64,000 nt of DNA from a bacterium (GTDB lineage: Bacteria > RBG-13-61-14 > DATKZS01). The translations under genes were made by a program, and so were the position numbers. The stretch covers positions 128,001-192,000 of the forward strand of contig CAXXFL010000006.1 of assembly GCA_963674965.2 (NCBI GenBank), given 5' to 3'. Shown here piece after piece: positions 30,365-39,999 of the stretch (position 1 is its first letter; every line of letters starts with the position of its first letter). Under the pieces are notes generated by a model, which searched no databases, was not told the origin of the DNA, and saw only the letters and a program-made list of their open reading frames with translations.

Positions 30365-31243
30365 TTATTTGGTCTCGAGCCAGGCCTTGACTTTGTCAGG
30401 GTGTTTCTCGATCCATTTTCTCGCGTTCTTGGCCGGGTCGGCGCCCGGCTCCTGATCCCATCCCATCAGTTCCTCGCAGTCCGCCACCGTCCAGTGGAAG
30501 TTGTCCAGGATACGGTATGCCTCGGGCATGTCCTTTTTCAGGCCCTTGCGGACGATGGTATCGACCCTTTCGGAGCCACCGTAAATCTTTTTGGGGTCGT
30601 CCAGGTACTTCAAGTCCCACCTGGAGAACATCCAGTGGGGGGTCCATCCCGTCACCACTATCCACTTCTTGTCGCGGACGGCCCCGGCCAGGGTGGCTAT
30701 CATGGTGGCGTCGCTTCCCTCGACGAGCTCGAGGTCCTTTAGCTTGTATTCCTCCATGACCTTCTCGGTCTTGCTCATGAGACCGGCGCCGGGGTCTATC
30801 CCGATTATTTCCTCGTCGAACTTCCTGGCGTTGGCGTTCAAATCCTCGATGGAGTCGATAGTGACGTAAGTGGGAACCACCAGTCCGATGCGGGTCCCCT
30901 CCAGGTTGGGACCCAGGTCCTCGACCTTGTCCTTGACCGCCTCGAGGTAATGGCCGTGGGTCGTGTCCAGCCAGGCCGCCACCATGCCGTCGGCGTCGCC
31001 CGTCGCCACCGCCTGCCACATGGCCGCGGCGCTCACCGGCGTAATTTCCACCTCGTAACCCGCGTCCTCGAGCACGGCCTTGACCACGTTGGTACTGGCC
31101 ACCTCGGTGGCCCACTCGACGTAGACCAACTCGATCTCGCCTTTTTTCGAGCTCGCCGGAGAAATCGACGCCGCCATGAAAACCATGACGGATATGACGG
31201 CCAGCGCGGCCGCCCGAATCGTTCTTTTCCTATTACCGAACAT
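30365..31243 (-). CDS. proX: Glycine betaine ABC transporter substrate-binding protein (OpuAC/ProX)
   Basis: Signal peptide, YVEWATEVAST, AWLDTTH, IGIDPGAG, GWTPHWMF. Confidence 0.92.
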   Translation of the reverse strand: MFGNRKRTIRAAALAVISVMVFMAASISPASSKKGEIELVYVEWATEVASTNVVKAVLEDAGYEVEITPVSAAAMWQAVATGDADGMVAAWLDTTHGHYLEAVKDKVEDLGPNLEGTRIGLVVPTYVTIDSIEDLNANARKFDEEIIGIDPGAGLMSKTEKVMEEYKLKDLELVEGSDATMIATLAGAVRDKKWIVVTGWTPHWMFSRWDLKYLDDPKKIYGGSERVDTIVRKGLKKDMPEAYRILDNFHWTVADCEELMGWDQEPGADPAKNARKWIEKHPDKVKAWLETK

Positions 31244-31252
31244 TTCAGCCTC

Positions 31253-32095
31253 CTAGTTAGCCTCGCTTTTTCTTCCTATTCTTTGAGTAACCCGGTCCAG
31301 GATCATGGCCAGAACGACCACGGCCAGACCGGCCTCGAAACCCATGCCCGGCTTCAGGCGTTGGATGGCCTTCCACACCTCGCCTCCCAATCCCTTGGCC
31401 CCGATCATGGCCGCGATGACCACCATGGAAAGCGCCAGCATGATGGTCTGGTTGACGCCGGCCATGATGGTCGGCTTGGCCAGCGGCAACTGGACCTTGA
31501 CCAGCTTTTGCCACCTGGTCGAGCCAAAGGCGTCGGCCGCCTCGATCAGGTCCTCCGAGACCTGGGTAATCCCCAGGCAGGTGAGCCGGATGGCGGGTGG
31601 CATGGAAAAGATCACCGTCGAGAAAATGGCCGACACCGGACCCAGCCCGAAAAAGGGGATAGCCGGAATCAGGTAGACGAAGGCGGGCATGGTCTGCATG
31701 AAGTCGAGCACGGGCATGATGACCTTGTTGAAGCGCCTGGACAGGGAAGCCAGTATGCCGAGAGGCATTCCAAGGGAGACGGCGACAAGGGTCGAGATCA
31801 TGACCAGGGTCAGGGTCTGCATGGTCGGCTCCCACAGGCCCAGGTCCCACAATAGGCTCATGCCTGCCATGATAAACAGGGACACGCGCTTCCCGGCCAG
31901 CCTCCACCCCAGGGCCGCGAAGACCAGGATGAGCGCGGGAGGAGGAAGATAGGTCAGCCCGTCGACGATGAGGTCGATGCCGTCGTCGGTCAGGTCGCTC
32001 ACCGCCCTGGTAATGAAGCTGAGGTGCAAGGTCAGCCACTCGAGTCCTTTTTCGATCCCCTCGCCCAGGGGAATTTTAGGCGGCTCCCAGCTCAT
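31253..32095 (-). CDS. proW: Glycine betaine ABC transporter permease
   Basis: LDFMQTMPAFVYLIP, EAADAFG, AGVNQTIMLALSMVV; TGATG coupling to proV. Confidence 0.93.
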   Translation of the reverse strand: MSWEPPKIPLGEGIEKGLEWLTLHLSFITRAVSDLTDDGIDLIVDGLTYLPPPALILVFAALGWRLAGKRVSLFIMAGMSLLWDLGLWEPTMQTLTLVMISTLVAVSLGMPLGILASLSRRFNKVIMPVLDFMQTMPAFVYLIPAIPFFGLGPVSAIFSTVIFSMPPAIRLTCLGITQVSEDLIEAADAFGSTRWQKLVKVQLPLAKPTIMAGVNQTIMLALSMVVIAAMIGAKGLGGEVWKAIQRLKPGMGFEAGLAVVVLAMILDRVTQRIGRKSEAN

Positions 32096-33282
32096 CAGCC
32101 CGAGCCTCCCTCGGCCAGGCATGAAAGGAGCGAACCCTTGATCACCACGCCGAGCAGCTTGTCCTTTCCGTCCACCACGGCCACGGGCAGGCCGGATGCC
32201 GCGACGATGGGGATTAGAGCGCTGACCGGCTCGTCGGGACCGACCTTGTCCCTGACCTCCTCGATGATGCTCGAGATGTTTTTCTCGCCCCGGTCGATGG
32301 CGCTTTTTGCCTCGGCGGCGCTCACGATCCCCAGCAGGGAATCGTCCTTTTTCACCACGAAGATATTCGAGATGCCGGCTTCCTTCATTTTATGGAGAGC
32401 GGTGCGGGGACCGTCGGCAGCGTAGGCCACCGCGCGGGTCGGGATCATGACCGTCCGCGCCGTGAGTACCTTGGTCACGTCCACCTCCTCCACGAAGCGC
32501 TCAACGTAACGGCCGGCCGGATTGGTAAGTATTTCCTCGGCCGTTCCTATCTGGACCACCGCGCCGTCCTTCATAAGGACCACCCGGTCGCCGATCTTGA
32601 TGGCCTCGTCCAGGTCGTGGGTGATGAACACGATGGTCTTTTGCACCCGGTCCTGAAGGGAGATGAGCTCGTGCTGCATGTCGCGCCGGATAAGGGGATC
32701 GAGGGCGCTGAAGGCCTCGTCCATTAAAAGCACGTCCGGGTCCACGGCCAGGGCCCGGGCCAGGCCGACCCGCTGCTGCATGCCGCCGCTGAGCTGGGAG
32801 GGCATGGAGTCCTCCCACCCCCCGAGTCCGACAAGTTCGAGGGCCTCCCTGGCTTTGGCCGTCCTGGTGGAGGGATCGACGCCCTGAACCTCGAGGCCGT
32901 ACTCGACGTTTCTTATCACGCTTCGGTGAGGGAAGAGGGCGAAGTTCTGGAACACCATGCCGAACTTCCGGCGCCTGAAGGCCACGAGCGCCTTTTCCGG
33001 CATTCTCGTCACGTCGGCTCCGTCGACCAGCACCCGGCCGGAGGTGGGCTTGATAAGGCCGTTAAGGCAGCGGATGAGGGTTGACTTGCCGCTTCCGGAC
33101 AGCCCCATCACCACCAGGGTCTCGCCCTCGTTGACGGCAAAGGACACATCCACGAGTCCCACGGCGTGGCGGGTCTCGTCCATGATCTCGCGCTTGGACT
33201 TGCCTTCCCCGAGGAGGGCAAGGGCCCTCTCGGGACGCGGCCCGAAGACCTTGGTGACCTTTTCTATGCTTATCTTATCCAT
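32095..33282 (-). CDS. proV: Glycine betaine ABC transporter ATPase with CBS domains
   Basis: MGLSGSGKST, LSGGMQQRVGLARAL, MDEAFSALDPLIR, C-terminal CBS pair. Confidence 0.95.
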   Translation of the reverse strand: MDKISIEKVTKVFGPRPERALALLGEGKSKREIMDETRHAVGLVDVSFAVNEGETLVVMGLSGSGKSTLIRCLNGLIKPTSGRVLVDGADVTRMPEKALVAFRRRKFGMVFQNFALFPHRSVIRNVEYGLEVQGVDPSTRTAKAREALELVGLGGWEDSMPSQLSGGMQQRVGLARALAVDPDVLLMDEAFSALDPLIRRDMQHELISLQDRVQKTIVFITHDLDEAIKIGDRVVLMKDGAVVQIGTAEEILTNPAGRYVERFVEEVDVTKVLTARTVMIPTRAVAYAADGPRTALHKMKEAGISNIFVVKKDDSLLGIVSAAEAKSAIDRGEKNISSIIEEVRDKVGPDEPVSALIPIVAASGLPVAVVDGKDKLLGVVIKGSLLSCLAEGGSG

Positions 33283-33292
33283 GGGCGGAGCG

Positions 33293-34126
33293 TCATTTAC
33301 TTAGGGAGAAAATCCCCCATCTGAGCCATCCCTTTTTGCCGCCGTCCACCCAGAGGGCAAGGCCTTTTTTCATGCGGCTTATATAGTCGTCCGAGCAGAC
33401 TTTATGTAGTTCCTCCTCGTTCTTCAGGGTTTCCTCGAGGACACGGGCGTAATGCCGGATCAGGTTCGGCGTCTGGTCCTCGAAGGCGACCCGGGCAAAG
33501 CCCGCGTCCTTGGCGGCCTCCGTATAAAAGGCCACCGACCCGAGGGACGTGAGGTGAATCCTCTCATAGATGGGCTCGAGCACTCCCACCGGTACCTCGT
33601 CGGCCTGCATGGGATCGGTGAAGATGAACTCTCCCCCGGACGCGAGTACCCTGGACGTCTCGGCCAGGACCTTGTTCCTGTCCCCGCTGTGGAGGATGGC
33701 GTCCTGGGACCAGACGACGTCGAAGGACCCGTCCTCGAAAGGAAGCTCCTCGAAGTTCCCGTCCACCACGTCGATCAGCGAGTCCAGGCCCTGATCGGCG
33801 TTCATTTTCCTGTTCCTCTCGTTCTCGACCTCGGACAGGTTCAGGCAGGTCACGCGGCACCCGCGCGTTTTCGCCAGGTACCTGGCCGTGCCGCCGAAGC
33901 CGGCCCCCACGTCAAGGACCCTTGTTCCCTTCCCGAGTTTTTTCGACTTCGCGGCCATGAGGTCGATAGTCCTTCTCGAGGCGTCGAAAATGGAGTCGTC
34001 CTCCTTTTCGTACACCCCGAGGTGGAGGTCCTCGCCGCCCCAGATGGTAAAATAAAAGTTGTCCGCGTCATGGGAATTGTAATAATCCCTGGTTACATCG
34101 ACGGCGCTCTTCGCCTTATCGTTCAT
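33293..34126 (-). CDS. SAM-dependent sarcosine/dimethylglycine N-methyltransferase (SDMT-like)
   Basis: YYNS.DADNFY..IWGGEDLHLG, LDVGAGFGG, WSQDAILHSG, FTDPMQAD, RIHL.SLGS; GGAGG RBS before ATG 34126. Confidence 0.85.
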   Translation of the reverse strand: MNDKAKSAVDVTRDYYNSHDADNFYFTIWGGEDLHLGVYEKEDDSIFDASRRTIDLMAAKSKKLGKGTRVLDVGAGFGGTARYLAKTRGCRVTCLNLSEVENERNRKMNADQGLDSLIDVVDGNFEELPFEDGSFDVVWSQDAILHSGDRNKVLAETSRVLASGGEFIFTDPMQADEVPVGVLEPIYERIHLTSLGSVAFYTEAAKDAGFARVAFEDQTPNLIRHYARVLEETLKNEEELHKVCSDDYISRMKKGLALWVDGGKKGWLRWGIFSLSK

Positions 34127-34177
34127 CCAGATGCCTCCCGGTATATTTTGATTATTGTCCCGGCGGGCCAAAGCCCC

Positions 34178-34849
34178 TCAGTCAAGGAAAGGGGCGGCGC
34201 TTACGACCTCGCCTCCTTTAACCTTCACGAAATCATCGTCGTAGGGTCCAAAAAGGACCTTCCTGAAAAAGTCCTTTTTACCCGCCACTTCCTCGTATTC
34301 CTTGTTAAGGAATATGGCGTTTTCCCTGGCCCTCGCCCGGAGGGTGCCCAGGTCCCCGGCGCCCGTGTCTATGAGGGCGATATGGGTGTAGTGCTTGAGT
34401 TCCTCGTTAATGGTCCAAATGGCGTCTTCTCTTCCCACGCGCGGCGTGTAGTCCTTCTCCATGATGCCGATGGGGTCCTTATTCTCCCGAATCCAGCTTG
34501 GAGTGAGATAATAACAACCCGGCCTTTCGCGATGGGCCTTGTAGTAGGCGGCCCTCGAGCCGAGAAACAAGGCTATGCAGTCGTGCACGCGCGGAATGAT
34601 CAGTCCCTGGGGCGGCGCCTCGAGCCCGGCCACCCCGTTCGAGCATAGCCCGTAGCCGAGCACTATTTCCTCCGCCTCTTCTTTACACTCGTCCACCGCC
34701 TCTTGAAGAATTTCCGTCATCAGCTCGGGAGTACGGTGCAGATCCTGGTCTTTATACCTGACGCTCACGCCTCGATACTGGGGATCGTGGCAATCCAGCT
34801 CCGCCTCCATGCAGCCGCAGGCGATGACTATCCGTTTAAACCTCGGCAA
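34178..34849 (-). CDS. DUF1638 domain protein
   Basis: IAC..M..EL, LH..PE, LGYGLCSNG, IPRVHDCIALFLGS, YYLTPSW. Confidence 0.85.
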   Translation of the reverse strand: MPRFKRIVIACGCMEAELDCHDPQYRGVSVRYKDQDLHRTPELMTEILQEAVDECKEEAEEIVLGYGLCSNGVAGLEAPPQGLIIPRVHDCIALFLGSRAAYYKAHRERPGCYYLTPSWIRENKDPIGIMEKDYTPRVGREDAIWTINEELKHYTHIALIDTGAGDLGTLRARARENAIFLNKEYEEVAGKKDFFRKVLFGPYDDDFVKVKGGEVVSAAPFLD

Positions 34850-34867
34850 CCGCTCGCCTCCGCGCCC

Positions 34868-36940
34868 CTAGGCGTGGGCCTTTATGGCCCCGGACGACAA
34901 GTTGGGGTTGCCGTAGGCTCTCGCCCTTATTCTTTGCAGGGCCCCGTCGATCTCGATGAGGGTCTGCACCTGGGGATTGACGGCCCCGGCCCTGACCACG
35001 TCATTCACGGCCAGTTCCGTCACCGTCTCCTCGGCGTATTCCCGGGCTTCCTCGAGTTTCTTGAAGACCCTGCTCACGCCGTCGACCTGGACCTGATACA
35101 CCCTTTTCTCGTCGGTCTCCTTCAGGATGACGATGGCCTCGGCCCCCGCCATGACCGATCCGGCCACGGCGCCCACGGCGTTGGCCACCTCCGCGTAGGG
35201 AGGAAGGATAAACTGGCTTCCCAGTCCCCTGGCGACCTTCCCGACGAAGGCCCAGGCCGGGGCTCCGATGCCGATGACCGGAAAGCGGCATTTGAAATTC
35301 ACGTCGAAAAGACTGTCTTTTCCTCCACCAAGCTCACGCGAGCGGTCGAATAGAAAGCGGACCCATTTCTCGTCCATTCGGTCCGGCAGTCCCTCGGCCC
35401 CCTCTTCCCGAGCCAGGAAGACCAGGCTCTCCTCCACCATCTCGGAAACCAGGCGCTCGATGAAAAGGGCGGGAAACTCCTTGGCGTCCCTCCCGTGCAT
35501 CTTGCAAAGACACTTCACGGCCTGGACGGCCACGCTCTGGTTCCACAGGTCCATGTCGCCCGAGGCGTGCATGACGTCGGTGGGCGTAACCCCGGCCCGG
35601 CCGATCAGTCCTTTTCTGAAAAGGCTCTCGGCGTTCAGTTGGACCGGATGGTGGGCGCTCGCTTTTTTAAGGAGTCCCTTGAGGCTAAGCGGCCCCTTGG
35701 CCAGAATCTCGACCACGCGCCTTTGGGGCACGTTGTCCTGGGGAAGCTCGTCGGGATCGATTTCCTTGTTTGCGAACCAGTACTCGAGGTCGTTCTCGCT
35801 CCAGGTGATTGCCCTTTTCTTATCAAGGCCGAGAATTTCCTTTTCGACCTGGGGATAGAGGAATGCCAGCCGGCATAGGGGCACGACCCTTTCGGGTCCG
35901 ATAAGAATTTCTCCGCCCGGACCGAAGGACACCCTCGAGTCCCCCCCCAGGCAGGCGGTGCGTATGGAGGCGGCCTTGACGGCCGTGGCCACGTCGCCCA
36001 CCCTTGCCCCGTCGTCCGAGATGGTGACCCTCGAGTCCTTGACGTGGGCCATGTCGGTCGTGGTCCCCCCCACGTCGATCATGAGGGCGTCCCGGACGCC
36101 CGTGAGAAATATCCCGCCCATGGCCGAGGCCGCCGGGCCGCTCAGGATGGTCTCGACCGGCTTCTTTACCGCCTCTTTATAGGACATGAGCGACCCGTCG
36201 CCCTTGACGATCATAAGGGGGGCCTTGACGCCCCGCTCCCGTAGCGCTCCTTTCACCGCCTCGATAAACTCGCTCATGATGGCGACCAGAGACGCGTTGA
36301 GGCACGCCGTGGCCGCCCTCTTGACGGAGTCGAGCTTGCTCGAGAGCTGGCTTCCAAGCACCACGGGAATGGGGCAGACCTTGCGGATGGCCTTCATGGC
36401 CCTCTCCTCGTGGGAGGGGTTGAGGGGGCTGAAGTAACTCGAGACGGCGATGGCGTCGAACTTGTGCTTGTGCCGCTTGACCCAGGCCACGATGCTCTCG
36501 ACGTCGAGGGGGGCCCGCTCGTCGCCCTGGGCGTCGTGTCCGCCCCGGAAGTACTCGAAGTGGCGCGTGACGAATTTATCCGCCAGGGAATAGCTCTCGA
36601 CCAGGCCCCTGTCGTATCCGATAAGTATCAGCCCGACCTCGCGCCCCTTGGACTCGGCGATCGAGTTGGTGGCCAGGGTGGATGATATGCCCACCAGCCT
36701 TACCTGAGAGGGCTTGGCTATATCGAGTCCATCCAGGACCTTCTTGACGCCCGCGGCCAGCTCCTGGTGAGTGGTCAGGGTCTTGGCCGAGCTGATCACC
36801 CGCCGGGATGAGTAATCCATGAGCACGCCGTCGGTGTAAGTGCCGCCCGTGTCCATGCCGATGACGTACTCGGGCTTTTTCACCGCCGGCTTCCTGGGAG
36901 CGCTCGCGGCCGTCTTAATATCATTCTTTTTTACGGGCAT
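34868..36940 (-). CDS. Hydantoinase A/oxoprolinase-family (ASKHA) ATPase
   Basis: GMDTGGTYTDGV, STLATN, ETILSGPAAS, DVGGTTTD, GGDS, TPTD, ANAVGA. Confidence 0.88.
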   Translation of the reverse strand: MPVKKNDIKTAASAPRKPAVKKPEYVIGMDTGGTYTDGVLMDYSSRRVISSAKTLTTHQELAAGVKKVLDGLDIAKPSQVRLVGISSTLATNSIAESKGREVGLILIGYDRGLVESYSLADKFVTRHFEYFRGGHDAQGDERAPLDVESIVAWVKRHKHKFDAIAVSSYFSPLNPSHEERAMKAIRKVCPIPVVLGSQLSSKLDSVKRAATACLNASLVAIMSEFIEAVKGALRERGVKAPLMIVKGDGSLMSYKEAVKKPVETILSGPAASAMGGIFLTGVRDALMIDVGGTTTDMAHVKDSRVTISDDGARVGDVATAVKAASIRTACLGGDSRVSFGPGGEILIGPERVVPLCRLAFLYPQVEKEILGLDKKRAITWSENDLEYWFANKEIDPDELPQDNVPQRRVVEILAKGPLSLKGLLKKASAHHPVQLNAESLFRKGLIGRAGVTPTDVMHASGDMDLWNQSVAVQAVKCLCKMHGRDAKEFPALFIERLVSEMVEESLVFLAREEGAEGLPDRMDEKWVRFLFDRSRELGGGKDSLFDVNFKCRFPVIGIGAPAWAFVGKVARGLGSQFILPPYAEVANAVGAVAGSVMAGAEAIVILKETDEKRVYQVQVDGVSRVFKKLEEAREYAEETVTELAVNDVVRAGAVNPQVQTLIEIDGALQRIRARAYGNPNLSSGAIKAHA

Positions 36941-37014
36941 TTTCTTTCCTCGCAATCCATCTCGATCGACGATTATTCCAAACGCTTGTTTCCCACCGCC
37001 GCAAGGACCGTTTC

Positions 37015-38490
37015 CTAGGCGGACTCGGCCATTGCTTTGGCCCTCTCCTCCGCCTGGTCGAGGACTTTCTGGATGTCCTTTTTGACCTCGGGGGGAACGT
37101 TTTTAGAGGGGCCCTCGAAGTTGTCTATCAGGTCCCTCGTCTTCTCGATGACCCTGTCCTTCATGGTGGTCTTGCCTCGGGCCTCCCAGTCCTCGTAGCT
37201 GTTGCGGTCCATGAGGGTGGGACGCCAGTGGTTCCTGAACCACTTCATGGTGTGGTCCTCATACAGGTAGTGGCCGCCGGGACCAACGGCCAGGATAGTA
37301 TCGAGGGCGAGGGTTTCCTCGTTGACCTCGACGCCCCGCTCGATAACGCGGGCCATGCCGATGATCTCGTCGTCGAGCACGGTCTGAAAAATGTCGCCCG
37401 TGATGCCCGACTCGGTGTAGCCGTTGTCGTGGACGAAGTTGGCCCCGCTGAGCATGGCGGCGTGGATCGAGAGGGCGGCCTCGATTCCCGACTGGATCTC
37501 CATCATCTTGGTGTCCGTGCATCCCGAGGTCGAGTACATGGGCAGGCCGCAGAACTTGCACATCTCGGTCATGGCCGCCGAGAGGATCGAAAGCTCGGGC
37601 GCGCCGTACGAGTATATCGAGCGTCTCATGTCGAGGATGGACTGGACCCCGCCGATGATGATGCACGTTCCCGGGCTGATAAGCTGCGAGGCCACCACCC
37701 CCACCATGGACTCGGAAAGGGCCACGATGATCTGTCCCGCGTGGCTGGCGGGCACGGTCCCGCCCCCGATCGAGCATGGGCTGTACACCTGGGGTATGCG
37801 GTGCTCGGCGCAGTACATGCACTTGTCGATGGCGTGGAAGTCGCTGACCAGCGGCGATATGGGCTCGCCGTAAAAAATGTAATTGGGCCGTTCCTTGAAG
37901 GCCTCCTCGCTTCCGGCCATGATGATCCCGATCTTATGCTCGTCCCTGCACCCGTCCCGGGTAAAGGACCAACTCATGACGGGCTTTAAAGTGTTCTGGA
38001 TCATGTCGGCGAACTCGTATATATCGGCCAGGCCGTTGGTCACGTCGTTGATCGAACCGAGCGACTGCACGTAACCGATATTGGGCAGGGCCTCGCACAC
38101 GCGGGCCACCATGGCGGCGTCCTTCCTCAGGTACGGCCTCCTCTCCAGGGTCTCGGTATCGATAAAATTCGGAGGCGTCGGGCCCGGCCCGAAATAGCTC
38201 CGGTTCTTCTCGACGAAGCACATGGGCTGGTTCTCCCACGACCAGATGGTGGTCGAGGGCGGCAGGGTCGAGAGGGCCTCCCTGACCAGCTGCGGGGGAA
38301 TCCTCACCCGGATCCCGTCCACCTTGCAGCCGGCCTTGTGGAAAAGCTCCCGGGCCCCCTCGTGGTGGACGTTGGCCCCCGTGTCGTTAAGCGTTCTTAT
38401 CATGCCGTTAAATATCTCTTCCTTTTGGTCATCCGACATAAGGGAGAAATAAGGCGACTGGTTTGCCGTATAATTAACTCGATCCAACAT
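37015..38490 (-). CDS. Trimethylamine methyltransferase (MttB/MtgB) family protein, no pyrrolysine
   Basis: EPISPL, YGAPE, SGCTDTK, SGANFVHDNGY, VGPGGHYL; no internal stop. Confidence 0.9.
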   Translation of the reverse strand: MLDRVNYTANQSPYFSLMSDDQKEEIFNGMIRTLNDTGANVHHEGARELFHKAGCKVDGIRVRIPPQLVREALSTLPPSTTIWSWENQPMCFVEKNRSYFGPGPTPPNFIDTETLERRPYLRKDAAMVARVCEALPNIGYVQSLGSINDVTNGLADIYEFADMIQNTLKPVMSWSFTRDGCRDEHKIGIIMAGSEEAFKERPNYIFYGEPISPLVSDFHAIDKCMYCAEHRIPQVYSPCSIGGGTVPASHAGQIIVALSESMVGVVASQLISPGTCIIIGGVQSILDMRRSIYSYGAPELSILSAAMTEMCKFCGLPMYSTSGCTDTKMMEIQSGIEAALSIHAAMLSGANFVHDNGYTESGITGDIFQTVLDDEIIGMARVIERGVEVNEETLALDTILAVGPGGHYLYEDHTMKWFRNHWRPTLMDRNSYEDWEARGKTTMKDRVIEKTRDLIDNFEGPSKNVPPEVKKDIQKVLDQAEERAKAMAESA

Positions 38491-38528
38491 TGAGGTTTCT
38501 CCTTTTCGGAAGGGGGAATCGAGGTCCC

Positions 38529-39977
38529 TTATTCCGAGTGCCTTTCGTCCGCGGCGTTAATAATGCTCCAAAGCTCCTTTTCCAGGTCCTCGCCCAGCGG
38601 CTCGGGCTGGTGCGTCTCGAGGATACGGTCGGTCTCCTCGATGACCCGGTCGAGCATGGTCTTCTTTCCCTCCAGGTTCCAGGTGTCCCAGTCGGACCGG
38701 TCCTGGAGCTTGGGCAGGAACCACTCGCGCCAGTGCTCGTAGGTATGGTCGTGGGTCACGAACTCCCCGCCGGGCCCGACTTCCTGGATCACGTCGAGGG
38801 CGAGGTGGGCGTCGTCGGTGTTGATGCCCTTGCCGAACTGCCGGACCATGCCTATGATCTCGTTGTTCATCACCAGGCTGTCGAGCGACCCGTTGGTCCC
38901 GGAGTCGATGTATCCCACGTCGTGGATGAGACTGGCGCCGGACAGGTAGGCGTAAAAAAGGCTGGTGGTGCACTCGGCCGCGGCCTGCTCGTCCACTATC
39001 TTGGCGTCGGTGCATCCTCCCGTCGAGAACATGGGAAGACCGATCCACTTGGATATGTCCGTGTTGGCGGCGGAGGCCAGGCTGAGCTCGGGCGCGCCGT
39101 AGGAATAGGCCGTGGTCAGCATGTCCATGACCGTGGTGACGCCTCCCATAATGAGGGGCATGCCCGGTTTTTTCAGCCAGCAGAGCACCACCGCCATGAG
39201 GGTCTCGGCCAGGGACTGCACCAGCATTCCCGCCATGGTCGCCGGGGCCGTGGCGCCGGAGCTGGGGCAGGGAGTGTACATGGCGGGTATGCCCTTCTCC
39301 GCGGCGAACAGAAGTTTTTCCACCGCCGTCCGGTCGTTCTTAAGGGGAGAGATGGGCTCGATGTAGGCCACGAAAAGAGGATTGAGTCTGAACTCCTCCT
39401 CCCCTCCCTGCACCAGGCAGGCCATCTTCCAGAGGTCCTCGAGGCCCTCGCCGTCAACGCTGGTCAAAACGAAGGGCTTGGTGCAGGTCTCGAGCATGGC
39501 CATAAACTGGCGACGGTCATAAGTAAGGGGGTTGGGAGCGTCGGTAACGATCCCGTGGGACATGTGGAAGTCGTACTGCTCGAGACTATCGACTATGCGG
39601 GCGGCCTCCTTGACGTGGGCGTAATCGGTCCGTATCCTTTTCCCCGTCTTCCGGTCGTGGGTAAAGGGAAGGTCCGAGCCGGTGCCGAAACCCGCGTTGT
39701 CCTTTTGGAGCTGCAGCCTTTTTTTCCCTCTTCCCTTGAGGGATATCTTCCGGGGGTTCGAGCCGAGGGCCAACTCGATCATGGATATGGGCACCTTGAC
39801 CAGGTTGTCCTTCACCACGGCGTCGCTTTTTTTGAAAAGCTCGAGTGCCTCGTCGTGGAAGATCAGGCCGCCGTTCCTTTGCAGGACCTCGCAGGCGGTG
39901 AAGTATATCTGCTCGATCTGGTCGTCCGAAAGCACCCGAAAGACGGGTGACCTTTGCCAGCTTTGATTCATCCTCAT
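38529..39977 (-). CDS. Trimethylamine methyltransferase (MttB/MtgB) family protein, no pyrrolysine
   Basis: LSDDQIEQI, EPISPL, GATAPATMAG, YGAPE, GGCTDAK, IHDVGY, VGPGGEF; GGAG RBS before ATG 39977. Confidence 0.9.
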   Translation of the reverse strand: MRMNQSWQRSPVFRVLSDDQIEQIYFTACEVLQRNGGLIFHDEALELFKKSDAVVKDNLVKVPISMIELALGSNPRKISLKGRGKKRLQLQKDNAGFGTGSDLPFTHDRKTGKRIRTDYAHVKEAARIVDSLEQYDFHMSHGIVTDAPNPLTYDRRQFMAMLETCTKPFVLTSVDGEGLEDLWKMACLVQGGEEEFRLNPLFVAYIEPISPLKNDRTAVEKLLFAAEKGIPAMYTPCPSSGATAPATMAGMLVQSLAETLMAVVLCWLKKPGMPLIMGGVTTVMDMLTTAYSYGAPELSLASAANTDISKWIGLPMFSTGGCTDAKIVDEQAAAECTTSLFYAYLSGASLIHDVGYIDSGTNGSLDSLVMNNEIIGMVRQFGKGINTDDAHLALDVIQEVGPGGEFVTHDHTYEHWREWFLPKLQDRSDWDTWNLEGKKTMLDRVIEETDRILETHQPEPLGEDLEKELWSIINAADERHSE

Positions 39978-39999
39978 TATACAGGCTCCCTCCGGAGGC

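Noticed and set aside
38490-39950. Long antisense ORFs (also 29059..30303, 19517..20731, 33452..34648, 45416..46516, 59114..60169)
   Set aside because: They mirror well-supported genes on the opposite strand, as expected with high GC3, and show no motifs.
37015-39977. Pyrrolysine-containing MttB
   Set aside because: Both ORFs are uninterrupted, with no in-frame TAG and no pyl genes in the window.
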